Positions 7,620 through 15,575 of a stretch of 32,000 nucleotides of DNA are shown here, piece after piece (position 1 is the first letter of the stretch; each line of letters starts with the position of its first letter). The position numbers and the translations under genes were made by a program. Source of the DNA: Nitrosopumilus maritimus SCM1 (GTDB taxonomy: Archaea; Thermoproteota; Nitrososphaeria; Nitrososphaerales; Nitrosopumilaceae); NCBI RefSeq assembly GCF_000018465.1, contig NC_010085.1:660001-692000 (forward strand). Direction: 5' to 3'. Below the pieces are notes generated by a model. It was given only the letters and a program-made list of their open reading frames with translations, did no database searches and had not been told where the DNA came from.

Positions 7620-8939
7620 CTAAATTCTAATTCGATAATAATCCCATCGTTCTGGGTCAAACTTGGCCACAAATTCTGCTTGTTCCTTTTCAATTCTGGC
7701 ATTAATTACATCTCTTAATGCAAAACTTGTAAGATACTTGAATTTTTTAGAATGTGCCTGCATTACAAACATGTGACGCATTTCACTGCCTCCTTTTAAT
7801 CCCCAATACCCCATTTTAACTGCGATTGGCTCTAAAAACACTGTATTTCCCAAACCGTAATTTTCATCTCTAATCTCTTCTCTTAGGTGATAATTTTCTA
7901 ATAGTCCACCTTTTGCATATCCTACAATTTCTCCGTTTTCATCATTTAATCTCAATGTGGTGATGATTGTGTCTGGATCCTTTACTGATTTTTCAAAATT
8001 ATCTAAAAATTGTAATGGTCTTGGTAATTCTAGCAAAATATCGTGTAATGAATTAATGAATTCTGGTTCATTTCTAGTTGACATACATTCTATAGTTGGT
8101 ATCAATTTGAGATTCTTGTATGCGCAATCAGCTTGAATTGTAATTTCCTGCTGTCTAATTCTCATAAATGATAAAACTGTATCAAAAAAGTTTTTTCTCA
8201 TTTCATTTGAAAGTACTTTGAGAACTGGTTTTACCATATCTGTTTCTTTATTTAGTAATTCTTCAAAGTATGCCACTGCGCTTCTGACAATTAATGATGG
8301 TCTCCATGCAAGTGCATGCGCATTCATCTTGGCCATCTCCATAGCCTTTGCAAAGTCTCCTAATGCATACCCACTAATCCTGTCTACTACGGTAAGATAC
8401 CATCCAATATCCATTATGTGTTTTTGATATTCTACATTGTTTCTTGTTAATTCTGAGTTTTGAAAACATTGTTTGATTTGTTCTTCTGCATTTTTTTTCA
8501 ATTCCCCCATCCATGGATATGTTGTTCTTAAAATTAACACTTTGATAATTTCTAAATCAATATTTGCTGTTTTGATTAATTGACTAAGCTTTCTATCTGT
8601 TGCAATAAATTTTAAAACACTTTCTTCATGTGGTTTGTCTACACTTTTCTCTGGATCAAAGTCATGAAACAATGCTGCAACATACAGGTATTTTATATCA
8701 TCATGTGTGAATTTTATTTTTTCTTGTTTTGATGCTAACAGTGAAAAATACGTTACCTCTAATTCATGGTTGATGTTGTGATATCCGTAATAATCTCTAC
8801 CCAATCCTCTACTTTCAAACAAATCTATGGTGTAATCTAACATTTCAACATAACAATCATCTTCTAATCTGTTTTCTATTAGCAAATCCAAAATATTATT
8901 TCTCATAACTTGAGTATTTGCAAATATTTGCATAACCAA
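7620..8939 (-). CDS. HD-domain protein fused to a GNAT-like C-terminal domain
   Basis: 439-aa ORF. 'YHNINHELEV' followed by 'AALFHDFD' gives the H...HD pattern of HD phosphohydrolases. The C-terminal ~110 aa ('NGEIVGYAKGG...FLEPIAVKMGYWGLKGGSEMRHMF') looks like an acetyltransferase fold; that call is tentative. Confidence 0.6.
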   Translation of the reverse strand: MVMQIFANTQVMRNNILDLLIENRLEDDCYVEMLDYTIDLFESRGLGRDYYGYHNINHELEVTYFSLLASKQEKIKFTHDDIKYLYVAALFHDFDPEKSVDKPHEESVLKFIATDRKLSQLIKTANIDLEIIKVLILRTTYPWMGELKKNAEEQIKQCFQNSELTRNNVEYQKHIMDIGWYLTVVDRISGYALGDFAKAMEMAKMNAHALAWRPSLIVRSAVAYFEELLNKETDMVKPVLKVLSNEMRKNFFDTVLSFMRIRQQEITIQADCAYKNLKLIPTIECMSTRNEPEFINSLHDILLELPRPLQFLDNFEKSVKDPDTIITTLRLNDENGEIVGYAKGGLLENYHLREEIRDENYGLGNTVFLEPIAVKMGYWGLKGGSEMRHMFVMQAHSKKFKYLTSFALRDVINARIEKEQAEFVAKFDPERWDYYRIRI

Positions 8940-9031
8940 AAGTTCTTTCTCTTCTTTTTAAAGTTGATCTGAAAATGGAATGTTTTCTAATATGGAAAGA
9001 TTCAATAGAATTGCAAATTTTTTGTTTTTAA

Positions 9032-9436
9032 ATGACCGTGGATAAAAATCTCTTAAAATCTTTAATTGATTTTTCTGAATCAGACTCATTAGAATTTACA
9101 CTTTATCTAAAAAACAATTCATATCCTCTTACTCACGTTCAAGTTTCTCATTCTTCTGTTCCTGTAAATGAACCTACAACTCGTGGAGGGGTATATTTTT
9201 CAGATAAATTTGCATACAAAATGAAAGGAACTGTTAATGATCTTTCAATTGTTCCTTTACTCACAAAGAAAATGCTTGGCCCAAATACTGAATTTGGTGA
9301 ATTGAAAATAACAACTTCTATTACTCTTGAAAATAGCATAAAACACCTAGAAATTCATACAAATCTCACAAACAGTGTTCAAACCCCGAATTCTATAGAA
9401 CTTAGTATGATTATTGTAAAATTGGAATCTGTCTAA
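9032..9436 (+). CDS. hypothetical protein
   Basis: 134-aa ORF with no recognisable motif. Its 3' end overlaps the convergent J-domain gene by 4 nt. Confidence 0.4.
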   Translation: MTVDKNLLKSLIDFSESDSLEFTLYLKNNSYPLTHVQVSHSSVPVNEPTTRGGVYFSDKFAYKMKGTVNDLSIVPLLTKKMLGPNTEFGELKITTSITLENSIKHLEIHTNLTNSVQTPNSIELSMIIVKLESV

Positions 9437-9981
9437 TCTACAAAATACTTGTCATATCTTTCTCTACTCTCTTCATCAGATAAAATCTCATATGCTTTGT
9501 TTAATTTTGACATCTCTTCTTCTGAATCTTCTTTTGTTTTGTCTGGATGTGTCTTTTTTGCAAGTTCTCTGAAACTTTTCTTTATTTCTTCTTGTGTTGC
9601 ATCTCGTGACACTCTTAAAATCTCATAATAGTTTGGTAGTTCATCATTTCGTGCAGCTTCTCTGAATTCTTTATCTTTGATAGTATTTCTTCTAGTTCCA
9701 ATCTCTTCATAATCATCCCCCCAATCTGAATGATATTTTTCATTTGTTTTGTCTTTTTTTGATTCTAATTCTTCTTTGTCATATGTTGTTTTTCTTCTAA
9801 GAATAACATCTCTTGCTAAAAACAAAAACAATCCAATCACTGCAATTGAAAATCCTCCAAAAATAATTATTTTTTCTTCATCTGATATCTCTAATTCCAT
9901 ATCTAGTTCTTTTTCTTGTGCATATGATGTTTGAACTAACAGTAAAACTAATGATATTAGAAAAATACTTGCAATCTTCAA
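9433..9981 (-). CDS. membrane-anchored J-domain (DnaJ-like) protein
   Basis: 182-aa ORF. It has an N-terminal signal-like 'IASIFLISLVLLLVQTSYA', then an acidic segment, then the TM helix 'IIIFGGFSIAVIGLFLFLA'. The C-terminal J domain reads 'NYYEILRVSRDATQEEIKKSFRELAKKTHPDK...LNKAYEILSD' and contains the HPD motif. Confidence 0.78.
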   Translation of the reverse strand: MKIASIFLISLVLLLVQTSYAQEKELDMELEISDEEKIIIFGGFSIAVIGLFLFLARDVILRRKTTYDKEELESKKDKTNEKYHSDWGDDYEEIGTRRNTIKDKEFREAARNDELPNYYEILRVSRDATQEEIKKSFRELAKKTHPDKTKEDSEEEMSKLNKAYEILSDEESRERYDKYFVD

Positions 9982-9991
9982 TGTTTTTTCA

Positions 9992-10435
9992 CTATGATAA
10001 TCTGAAATCTTCTTTTGCAGTATTTAATACTACATGTGTAATTGTATTTTCAACATTAGGGATTGAAGCCAATTTTTTAACAAATCTACTCAGCTCATTT
10101 CTTTCTTTAAATTTTGCAATGATTATGGTATCTGTGGAACCTGTAATGTCGTAAACTCCACAAACATTCTCAAATTTTGATATTTCTTCTTCAATATCTA
10201 CAACTTTGTCATTTTTTGCAATGATTTCAATTATTGCAGTAAGCGAATATCCAAGTTTTTCATGATCAATTATTGCAGAATACCCGTTAATGATCTTCTC
10301 TTTTTCCATTTTTTTAATTCTTGATAGAACTGTTACAGTAGACATTCCAAGTTTTAGTGCTAATTGCCTTGCTGATAGTCGTGCATCCACCATCAAATTT
10401 CTGAGAATTTTTTCATCAGTTTTATCTAAATCCAC
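9992..10435 (-). CDS. Lrp/AsnC-family transcriptional regulator
   Basis: 147-aa ORF. The N-terminal HTH is 'DEKILRNLMVDARLSARQLALKLGMSTVTVLSRIKKMEKEKII'. A RAM-like C-terminal domain follows. Length and layout are typical of the family. Confidence 0.88.
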   Translation of the reverse strand: MDLDKTDEKILRNLMVDARLSARQLALKLGMSTVTVLSRIKKMEKEKIINGYSAIIDHEKLGYSLTAIIEIIAKNDKVVDIEEEISKFENVCGVYDITGSTDTIIIAKFKERNELSRFVKKLASIPNVENTITHVVLNTAKEDFRLS

Positions 10436-10558
10436 ACAGTCTATGCTTGAAAAATTTATTTAAATTTTCATTAATTTTCTGTAAATTTGTTTAATTTGTT
10501 AGGCTCGTATTCTTCAATGATTTTTCAAATTTAATACAAATACAAAATATCACTATTT

Positions 10559-10786
10559 GTGGAAAAAATCCAAGAACTTGTATTTCATGGTAAGGCTCTC
10601 TTAGAAGATGGAAAATTTGATGATGCCTTGGGATTTTTTGAACAAGCACTTCTTCTGAATCAAGAAGATCCTGATTTGTGGAATTACAAGGGTATCACAT
10701 TACGAAGCCTTGGTAGATACGAAGAAGCAATGGATTGTTTTAACAAATCTCTAAAAATTGATCCTCGAGATAGACATTCTTCTTGA
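10559..10786 (+). CDS. TPR-repeat protein (short)
   Basis: 75-aa ORF with a GTG start. It carries two TPR-like units ('GKFDDALGFFEQALLLNQEDPDLWNYKG', 'GRYEEAMDCFNKSLKIDP'). Confidence 0.55.
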   Translation: MEKIQELVFHGKALLEDGKFDDALGFFEQALLLNQEDPDLWNYKGITLRSLGRYEEAMDCFNKSLKIDPRDRHSS

Positions 10787-10840
10787 TCTAATGTTGACAA
10801 ATAGTGAATCTATATTATTAACAAAATATTATCTGGTATA

Positions 10841-11335
10841 TTGAATAACATAGATCGTATGCTGGCTGAAGCCTATGAATGTGTTGAAGAAGGTGACTTT
10901 CATGATGCAATCAGTCTTTATGATCTTGTACTCAAACGCGAGCCTTCAAACATTGGAGCTCTAATCGATAAAGGTGTAACACTGCAAAATATGGGCCGAA
11001 TAAAACTTGCAGTCAGAACTTATGATAAAGCATTATTGCTTTCTCCTCAAAACATCGATGCATTACTAAATAAAGGAACTGCATTACATTCTGCTCAAAA
11101 ATATGATGAAGCAATGGAATGTTATGATGCTGTTTTAAAAGTTGATAAAAAATGTGCAATGGCATTGGCATACAAGGGATTGTCTTTAGGAGAAACTGGA
11201 AAACTTCAAGATGCATTAAAACATTTTAAGAAAGCATTATCCATCGACAAAGAATTTGATTTAGCAAGTATTTCAAAAGATATTGCTAAAGATTTACTAA
11301 AATCAATTAATCAGAATAAAATCAAAACACAGTAA
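10841..11335 (+). CDS. TPR-repeat protein
   Basis: 164-aa ORF starting at TTG 10841 (alternative ATG at 10859). It has four consecutive 34-aa TPR units of the form 'G.....A...YD.AL...P.N..AL..KG'. Confidence 0.75.
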   Translation: MNNIDRMLAEAYECVEEGDFHDAISLYDLVLKREPSNIGALIDKGVTLQNMGRIKLAVRTYDKALLLSPQNIDALLNKGTALHSAQKYDEAMECYDAVLKVDKKCAMALAYKGLSLGETGKLQDALKHFKKALSIDKEFDLASISKDIAKDLLKSINQNKIKTQ

Positions 11336-11495
11336 CATCCCCTGGAGCAGGTTCTTTATTCATCTCTTTTTCATGCGATTCAAAAAATTCTGTATGTTCT
11401 GAATTTTGATGTTTTCTAAGATCCTCCAAATTCTCAAATCCTTCATGACATAGATAGCATTTTGGCTTGTGTTCATCTACTAAAGGGAGTACCAT
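11322..11495 (-). CDS. small C2H2 zinc-finger protein
   Basis: Not in the ORF track (57 aa): MVLPLVDEHKPKCYLCHEGFENLEDLRKHQNSEHTEFFESHEKEMNKEPAPGDVTVF. It fits C-x2-C-x3-F-x5-L-x2-H-x4-H exactly. Its 3' end overlaps the TPR gene by 14 nt. Confidence 0.6.
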   Translation of the reverse strand: MVLPLVDEHKPKCYLCHEGFENLEDLRKHQNSEHTEFFESHEKEMNKEPAPGDVTVF

Positions 11496-11550
11496 ATTCT
11501 GATATTCCTGTTTGCCTACTTATTTCTTGAGCCTGACTAAGGAATATATC

Positions 11551-12669
11551 ATGATGAGGTTGTTTTATGGTATGTTGGAGCAATTAGTAGGTGACTCTAA
11601 GGCATTAGATCGAGCAATTGCAGGAGAAGATTTGTCCTACAATGACGGTATGGATTTGATGAATTATGATAATTTACATCTTCTTGGTGCAGTTGCTGAT
11701 GCTCGAAGAAAAGAGTTGGTTGGTGATACTGTAACTTTTGCAGCATCTTATTACATGAATTACACAAATGTCTGTGCTGCAAGTTGTCAAATGTGTGCCT
11801 TTTACCGAAAAGATGGTGCTGAAGATGCATATACGCTAACTCCTCAAGAAATTGAACAAAGAGTTGGAATTGCAAAACAAATGGGAGCAACTGAAGTACA
11901 CATTGTTGGAGGATTTCATCCAAAACTTCCATTAGAATACTATGAAGACATGATGAGAATAATCAAAAAACATCATCCTCAACTAAACATTAAAGCATTA
12001 ACTGCTGCAGAAATTTTCTATTTATCAAAACTGACAAAAAATTCTACTAAAGAAATTTTATCTCGTTTAAAAGATGCTGGACTTGATTCAATGCCTGGTG
12101 GTGGTGCTGAACTATTTCATCCAGAAATTAGAAAACAAATTGTTCGAGGAAAATGTACTGGACAAGAATGGTTAGATGTAATTGAAGAAGCACATACCAT
12201 GGGAATTCAAAGTAATGTAACTATGCTTTATGGACATATAGAAAAACCTGAGCACATTGTTGATCATCTCATTAAAATTCGTGACTTGCAAAAAAAGACA
12301 AATGGATTTATCACTCTTATTCCTCTCAAATTTAGCCTTGATAATACTGAATTAGAACAAGAACATTTAGTAAATAATGAATGTTCTTCTGTGTATGACT
12401 TGAGAGTGATTGCATTGTCTCGTTTAATGCTTGCAAATTATTTGAACAACATTTCTGTTTATTGGGTAGCATATGGTAAGAAACTTGCTCAAGTAGCATT
12501 ATCTAATGGTGGTAGTGATCTTGTTGGTACTGCCTTTTCTGAAGAAATTTATCGCGCTGCAGGAAAAGCAACTAACTCTTCAGTAGATGAACTCGCAACT
12601 ATGGTAAAAGAGATAGGACGTGTTCCTGCACAACGAAATACTCATTTTGGAATTTTAAAGAATTTTTAA
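11551..12669 (+). CDS. radical-SAM enzyme of the futalosine-pathway MqnC/MqnE family (menaquinone biosynthesis)
   Basis: 'NYTNVCAASCQMCAFYR' is the CxxxCxxC cluster in the context shared by the MqnC/MqnE/CofH families. 'GATEVHIVGGFHP' and 'ITLIPLKF' also fit these families. I cannot separate MqnC from MqnE by eye. The start was moved from the track's TTG 11512 to ATG 11551 and remains uncertain. Confidence 0.8.
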   Translation: MMRLFYGMLEQLVGDSKALDRAIAGEDLSYNDGMDLMNYDNLHLLGAVADARRKELVGDTVTFAASYYMNYTNVCAASCQMCAFYRKDGAEDAYTLTPQEIEQRVGIAKQMGATEVHIVGGFHPKLPLEYYEDMMRIIKKHHPQLNIKALTAAEIFYLSKLTKNSTKEILSRLKDAGLDSMPGGGAELFHPEIRKQIVRGKCTGQEWLDVIEEAHTMGIQSNVTMLYGHIEKPEHIVDHLIKIRDLQKKTNGFITLIPLKFSLDNTELEQEHLVNNECSSVYDLRVIALSRLMLANYLNNISVYWVAYGKKLAQVALSNGGSDLVGTAFSEEIYRAAGKATNSSVDELATMVKEIGRVPAQRNTHFGILKNF

Positions 12670-12971
12670 TTTAGATGTTTTTTAATAGATTCTAATTTTT
12701 CTTCTCCACTTTGCTGTTTGTCTTTCCTTGAATCAATTTTTATTATTACTTCCACTCTGTCAATTCCTAAATTATGCACTGTTTCAGTCATTTGTTTTGT
12801 AGCTTTATTGATTGTCTCCATGTCATCCGATTCTAAAATGGTGCCCATTGGATTAATTTCATATTTCAGATTTTCAATTTTTTGAATTGATTCAATTGCT
12901 TTTGCAATGTAAAAACTTGCGCTGGTAGTTTTTGTTGCCATTGGATAAACGCTAATTTCTGCATGAATCAT
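12666..12971 (-). CDS. MTH1187/YkoF-family (thiamine-binding, ex-DUF77) protein
   Basis: 101-aa ORF. 'AEISVYPMATKTTSASFYIAKAIESIQ...KYEINPMGTILE' matches the family pattern (ISV.P.G......YVA.A......G..YE..PMGT..EG). It overlaps the radical-SAM stop by 4 nt. Confidence 0.7.
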   Translation of the reverse strand: MIHAEISVYPMATKTTSASFYIAKAIESIQKIENLKYEINPMGTILESDDMETINKATKQMTETVHNLGIDRVEVIIKIDSRKDKQQSGEEKLESIKKHLN

Positions 12972-13008
12972 TTCTTTTCTTTATTTTTTGATATACAAAA
13001 AGATTAAA

Positions 13009-13284
13009 CTATTCTGCAGGTTTTTTCTCTGTTCTTTTTGCACTGCCTTTTCTGCGTCTTGCCCCAAAACTTATCAAAACCAGTAAAAATCCTACACCAA
13101 TCAACAATCCATACAATAATTGTAGTGCTTGATTTTCATCTTCTGCTACCATTAAATCGATAATCTCTTCTTCAGTCATTCCTACATGGCCTGTTGGTCC
13201 TTGACCTGTTGTAACTCCAATTATCACGCCTACAATAATCATGATCATGCCTCCTGCAAAAATTTTCTTATCTATTAACACCAA
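13009..13284 (-). CDS. small membrane protein
   Basis: 91-aa ORF with two hydrophobic helices ('FAGGMIMIIVGVIIGV', 'LLYGLLIGVGFLLVLISFG') and a basic C-terminal tail. Confidence 0.5.
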   Translation of the reverse strand: MVLIDKKIFAGGMIMIIVGVIIGVTTGQGPTGHVGMTEEEIIDLMVAEDENQALQLLYGLLIGVGFLLVLISFGARRRKGSAKRTEKKPAE

Positions 13285-13390
13285 CTGATATTATTTTGAA
13301 TCTATCATATATTAGGAATTGGATGTAAAACTCACAGTTATCCATTTTTTAGGTATGGTTAATGATGCTGTGTCTGTTTTCTAAAAATTT

Positions 13391-13681
13391 CTAAAATCCT
13401 TCTGGCGGTCTTTGCACAAATACATTACAAATGAGTGCATCTGTCTTTTTGTCTCTATATTGCACATTACATGAAACAAATTTTCCTTTTAATGCTCTTT
13501 CTAGATCTTCTTTCGTTTTTTCTTCGTATTGTGGTTGATCTGGATTGTCAATTTTACTCATGATTATTTTTTCAACTTTACCATATTCTTCTTGATTGTC
13601 TTTTCTAGTGTGACTGATTAGTAATTCAAATGCGTTATTTGTAAGAATGTTGATGACCGCACCACCAATACCATCTCCCAT
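13391..13681 (-). CDS. hypothetical protein
   Basis: 96-aa ORF lying 26 nt downstream of the MqnA/D-like gene on the same strand, so co-transcription is possible. No motif recognised. Confidence 0.45.
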   Translation of the reverse strand: MGDGIGGAVINILTNNAFELLISHTRKDNQEEYGKVEKIIMSKIDNPDQPQYEEKTKEDLERALKGKFVSCNVQYRDKKTDALICNVFVQRPPEGF

Positions 13682-13707
13682 AATTTTTTCCTCTTTTTGT
13701 TCTATAA

Positions 13708-14547
13708 TTACTTGATGGCGATGCTTAATTCAAAATCTGGAACAAGATCTTTTTCTTTTGCCATTTCAAACACCCTTCGAATTGATTCTTCTCCAGCATC
13801 TCCCATGTTTACAGTTACTTTATTGACATACATTTTTACAAATTTTTCAATCAAATCTCTTGGTTTTCCCCTAGAGTATTGCATTGCATATTCTATTGCA
13901 TCTTCTAAATTATCTAATCCATACTCAATTGATGCTTGTAGATACTTGTCAAATTTGTGGATTGTATCCATTCCCAAATCTGTTTTCATAACATTGATTC
14001 CTAGTGGAACTGGTAATCCATTTGTGGTTTTATCCCACCATTCTCCTACATCTAGAATTTTGACATTTCCTTCCTGTGCATATGATAATTGTGTCTCATG
14101 AATTACCAATCCTGCATCAACTTTACCTGATTTTACAGCCTCTGGAATATCACTAAAATTCATTTCAACATAATCAAACTTTCCAATCATTAATTGTAGC
14201 AACAAAAATGCAGATGTCATCTTTCCTGGAATTGCAATTTTACATTTTTTTATCTCATCAATAGTCATCTGTCCTCTTGCAGTAACAATTGGACCATATC
14301 CAATTCCAAAACTTCCACCACTACGCAATATTGTGTATCCTGGGATGTATGCGCAAGCATGTACTGAAACTGCTGTGACATCTAATTGCGGATCAGTAGC
14401 TTTCTGATTTAATTTCTCGATATCTTCAATGACATGATTCACTTTGAAATCTGGTGATGGAACTTTTCCTGTAAACATTCCATAAAACATGAATGCATCA
14501 TCTGAATCAGGAGTATGACCTACTGAAATTTCCATATTTTTCTCCAA
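13708..14547 (-). CDS. MqnA/MqnD-family (PF02621-type, periplasmic-binding-protein fold) menaquinone biosynthesis protein
   Basis: 279-aa ORF. The N-terminal 'ISVGHTPDSDDAFMFYGM' parallels the MqnD-type 'GxSPCPNDTFxF' motif, and length and layout fit. The subfamily (MqnA, MqnD or other) is not resolved. Confidence 0.68.
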   Translation of the reverse strand: MEKNMEISVGHTPDSDDAFMFYGMFTGKVPSPDFKVNHVIEDIEKLNQKATDPQLDVTAVSVHACAYIPGYTILRSGGSFGIGYGPIVTARGQMTIDEIKKCKIAIPGKMTSAFLLLQLMIGKFDYVEMNFSDIPEAVKSGKVDAGLVIHETQLSYAQEGNVKILDVGEWWDKTTNGLPVPLGINVMKTDLGMDTIHKFDKYLQASIEYGLDNLEDAIEYAMQYSRGKPRDLIEKFVKMYVNKVTVNMGDAGEESIRRVFEMAKEKDLVPDFELSIAIK

Positions 14548-14572
14548 AGACAGTCGTAATAAAAATCAAAAC

Positions 14573-15526
14573 ATGATCAGAATAGGTTTTCTAATATATG
14601 CCGAAAATTCATTCAACTTTGTGAATACCATTGATGCATTTGAGAAAGACATTCATCTGCAAGTTGATTTTCTAAAATCCTTTAAAAAACAAAAACCAAT
14701 TTCAAAATCTCTTCAAAAAAATACTATTTTTACTGGCAGTGGGGATTCGTTAATCTCTTCAATGCTTGCTGAATCTTTTTCAGAGGGCATGGTACACGCA
14801 ATGGATCCGTTAGATTTGTACAAGAACAAACATTTGGTAAAATCAAAACGAGTATATTTTGTTTCCATCTCAGGAAATACAATTACAAACATCAAAGTTG
14901 CTAAACTAACAAAAAAATCAATTGCAATCACTTCAAAATCTGATAGCAGACTAGCAAAAGCATCTGATGATGTAATTTTACTAGATGCTCCAACTAATCA
15001 TGTCTTCACTGCAGGAAGCATCACCTTTTTGGAAAGTGCCCTTACTTGTATCTCCCTTGTTAAACCTCTCTCTATTTCAAAATCTGAGGAAGTATTCAAG
15101 AAAGCAAAGTTTGATGCCAAAAAATCCAACCTCTCAAAAAAGGTCTATGTTCTAGGCAACCTCTTGACATTTCCTATTGCAATGTTTTGTGCAGCCAAAT
15201 TCTATGAGGTATTGGGATATGATGTGCATTATTCTAGAATAGAACAGTTCTCTCACATGGAGTTATTTTCTGCAAAAAGGAGTGACACTGTGATAATCTT
15301 TGAAGAAAAAAATACTCACAACAGACAACTTGCTAAAAATTTGGCCAGAGTTGGCATTAACGTGATTCATCCTAATCTTCCATCTGGTAAGATACCACAA
15401 CTATTGTATTGCATATTTTTCTCCGAATTTCTTGCACTCTATGAGGCAAAAAAGAAACACAAGAAAGATTGCCATTTTGTTACTGCAAAAAAGATTCGTA
15501 ATGTAAGCAACCAAATGATCTATTGA
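14573..15526 (+). CDS. SIS (sugar isomerase/phosphosugar-binding) domain protein
   Basis: 317-aa ORF. 'FTGSGDSLISSMLAE' and 'VYFVSISGNTITN' are the GxGxS and ISxSGxT SIS signatures. A second degenerate SIS-like half follows (compare the GlmS isomerase domain). Confidence 0.6.
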   Translation: MIRIGFLIYAENSFNFVNTIDAFEKDIHLQVDFLKSFKKQKPISKSLQKNTIFTGSGDSLISSMLAESFSEGMVHAMDPLDLYKNKHLVKSKRVYFVSISGNTITNIKVAKLTKKSIAITSKSDSRLAKASDDVILLDAPTNHVFTAGSITFLESALTCISLVKPLSISKSEEVFKKAKFDAKKSNLSKKVYVLGNLLTFPIAMFCAAKFYEVLGYDVHYSRIEQFSHMELFSAKRSDTVIIFEEKNTHNRQLAKNLARVGINVIHPNLPSGKIPQLLYCIFFSEFLALYEAKKKHKKDCHFVTAKKIRNVSNQMIY

Positions 15527-15545
15527 TCTTTTTGCAAGGCTAAGG

Positions 15546-15553
15546 TTTAATAG
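15546..15553 (+). promoter_or_regulatory. TATA-like box upstream of EF-2 (short or no leader)
   Basis: 'tttaatag' is centred about 26 nt upstream of the EF-2 ATG. Archaeal TATA boxes sit about 26 nt upstream of the TSS, which implies a leaderless or near-leaderless mRNA. Confidence 0.3.
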
Positions 15554-15575
15554 CTGAATCCTAGGGTTTGCGAAT

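Noticed and set aside
10559-11335. Two adjacent same-frame TPR ORFs as a single gene broken by a nonsense mutation (pseudogene)
   Set aside because: The ORFs are in the same frame (offset 282 nt), but the 54-nt gap contains three in-frame stops (TGA, TAG, TGA). Each ORF has its own start, so this is not a simple recent disruption. I treat them as two genes.
13697-14101. 134-aa + strand ORF
   Set aside because: It lies entirely antisense to the MqnA/MqnD-family gene, which has recognisable motifs. It is Ser/Phe/Ile-rich, typical of a shadow ORF in AT-rich DNA.
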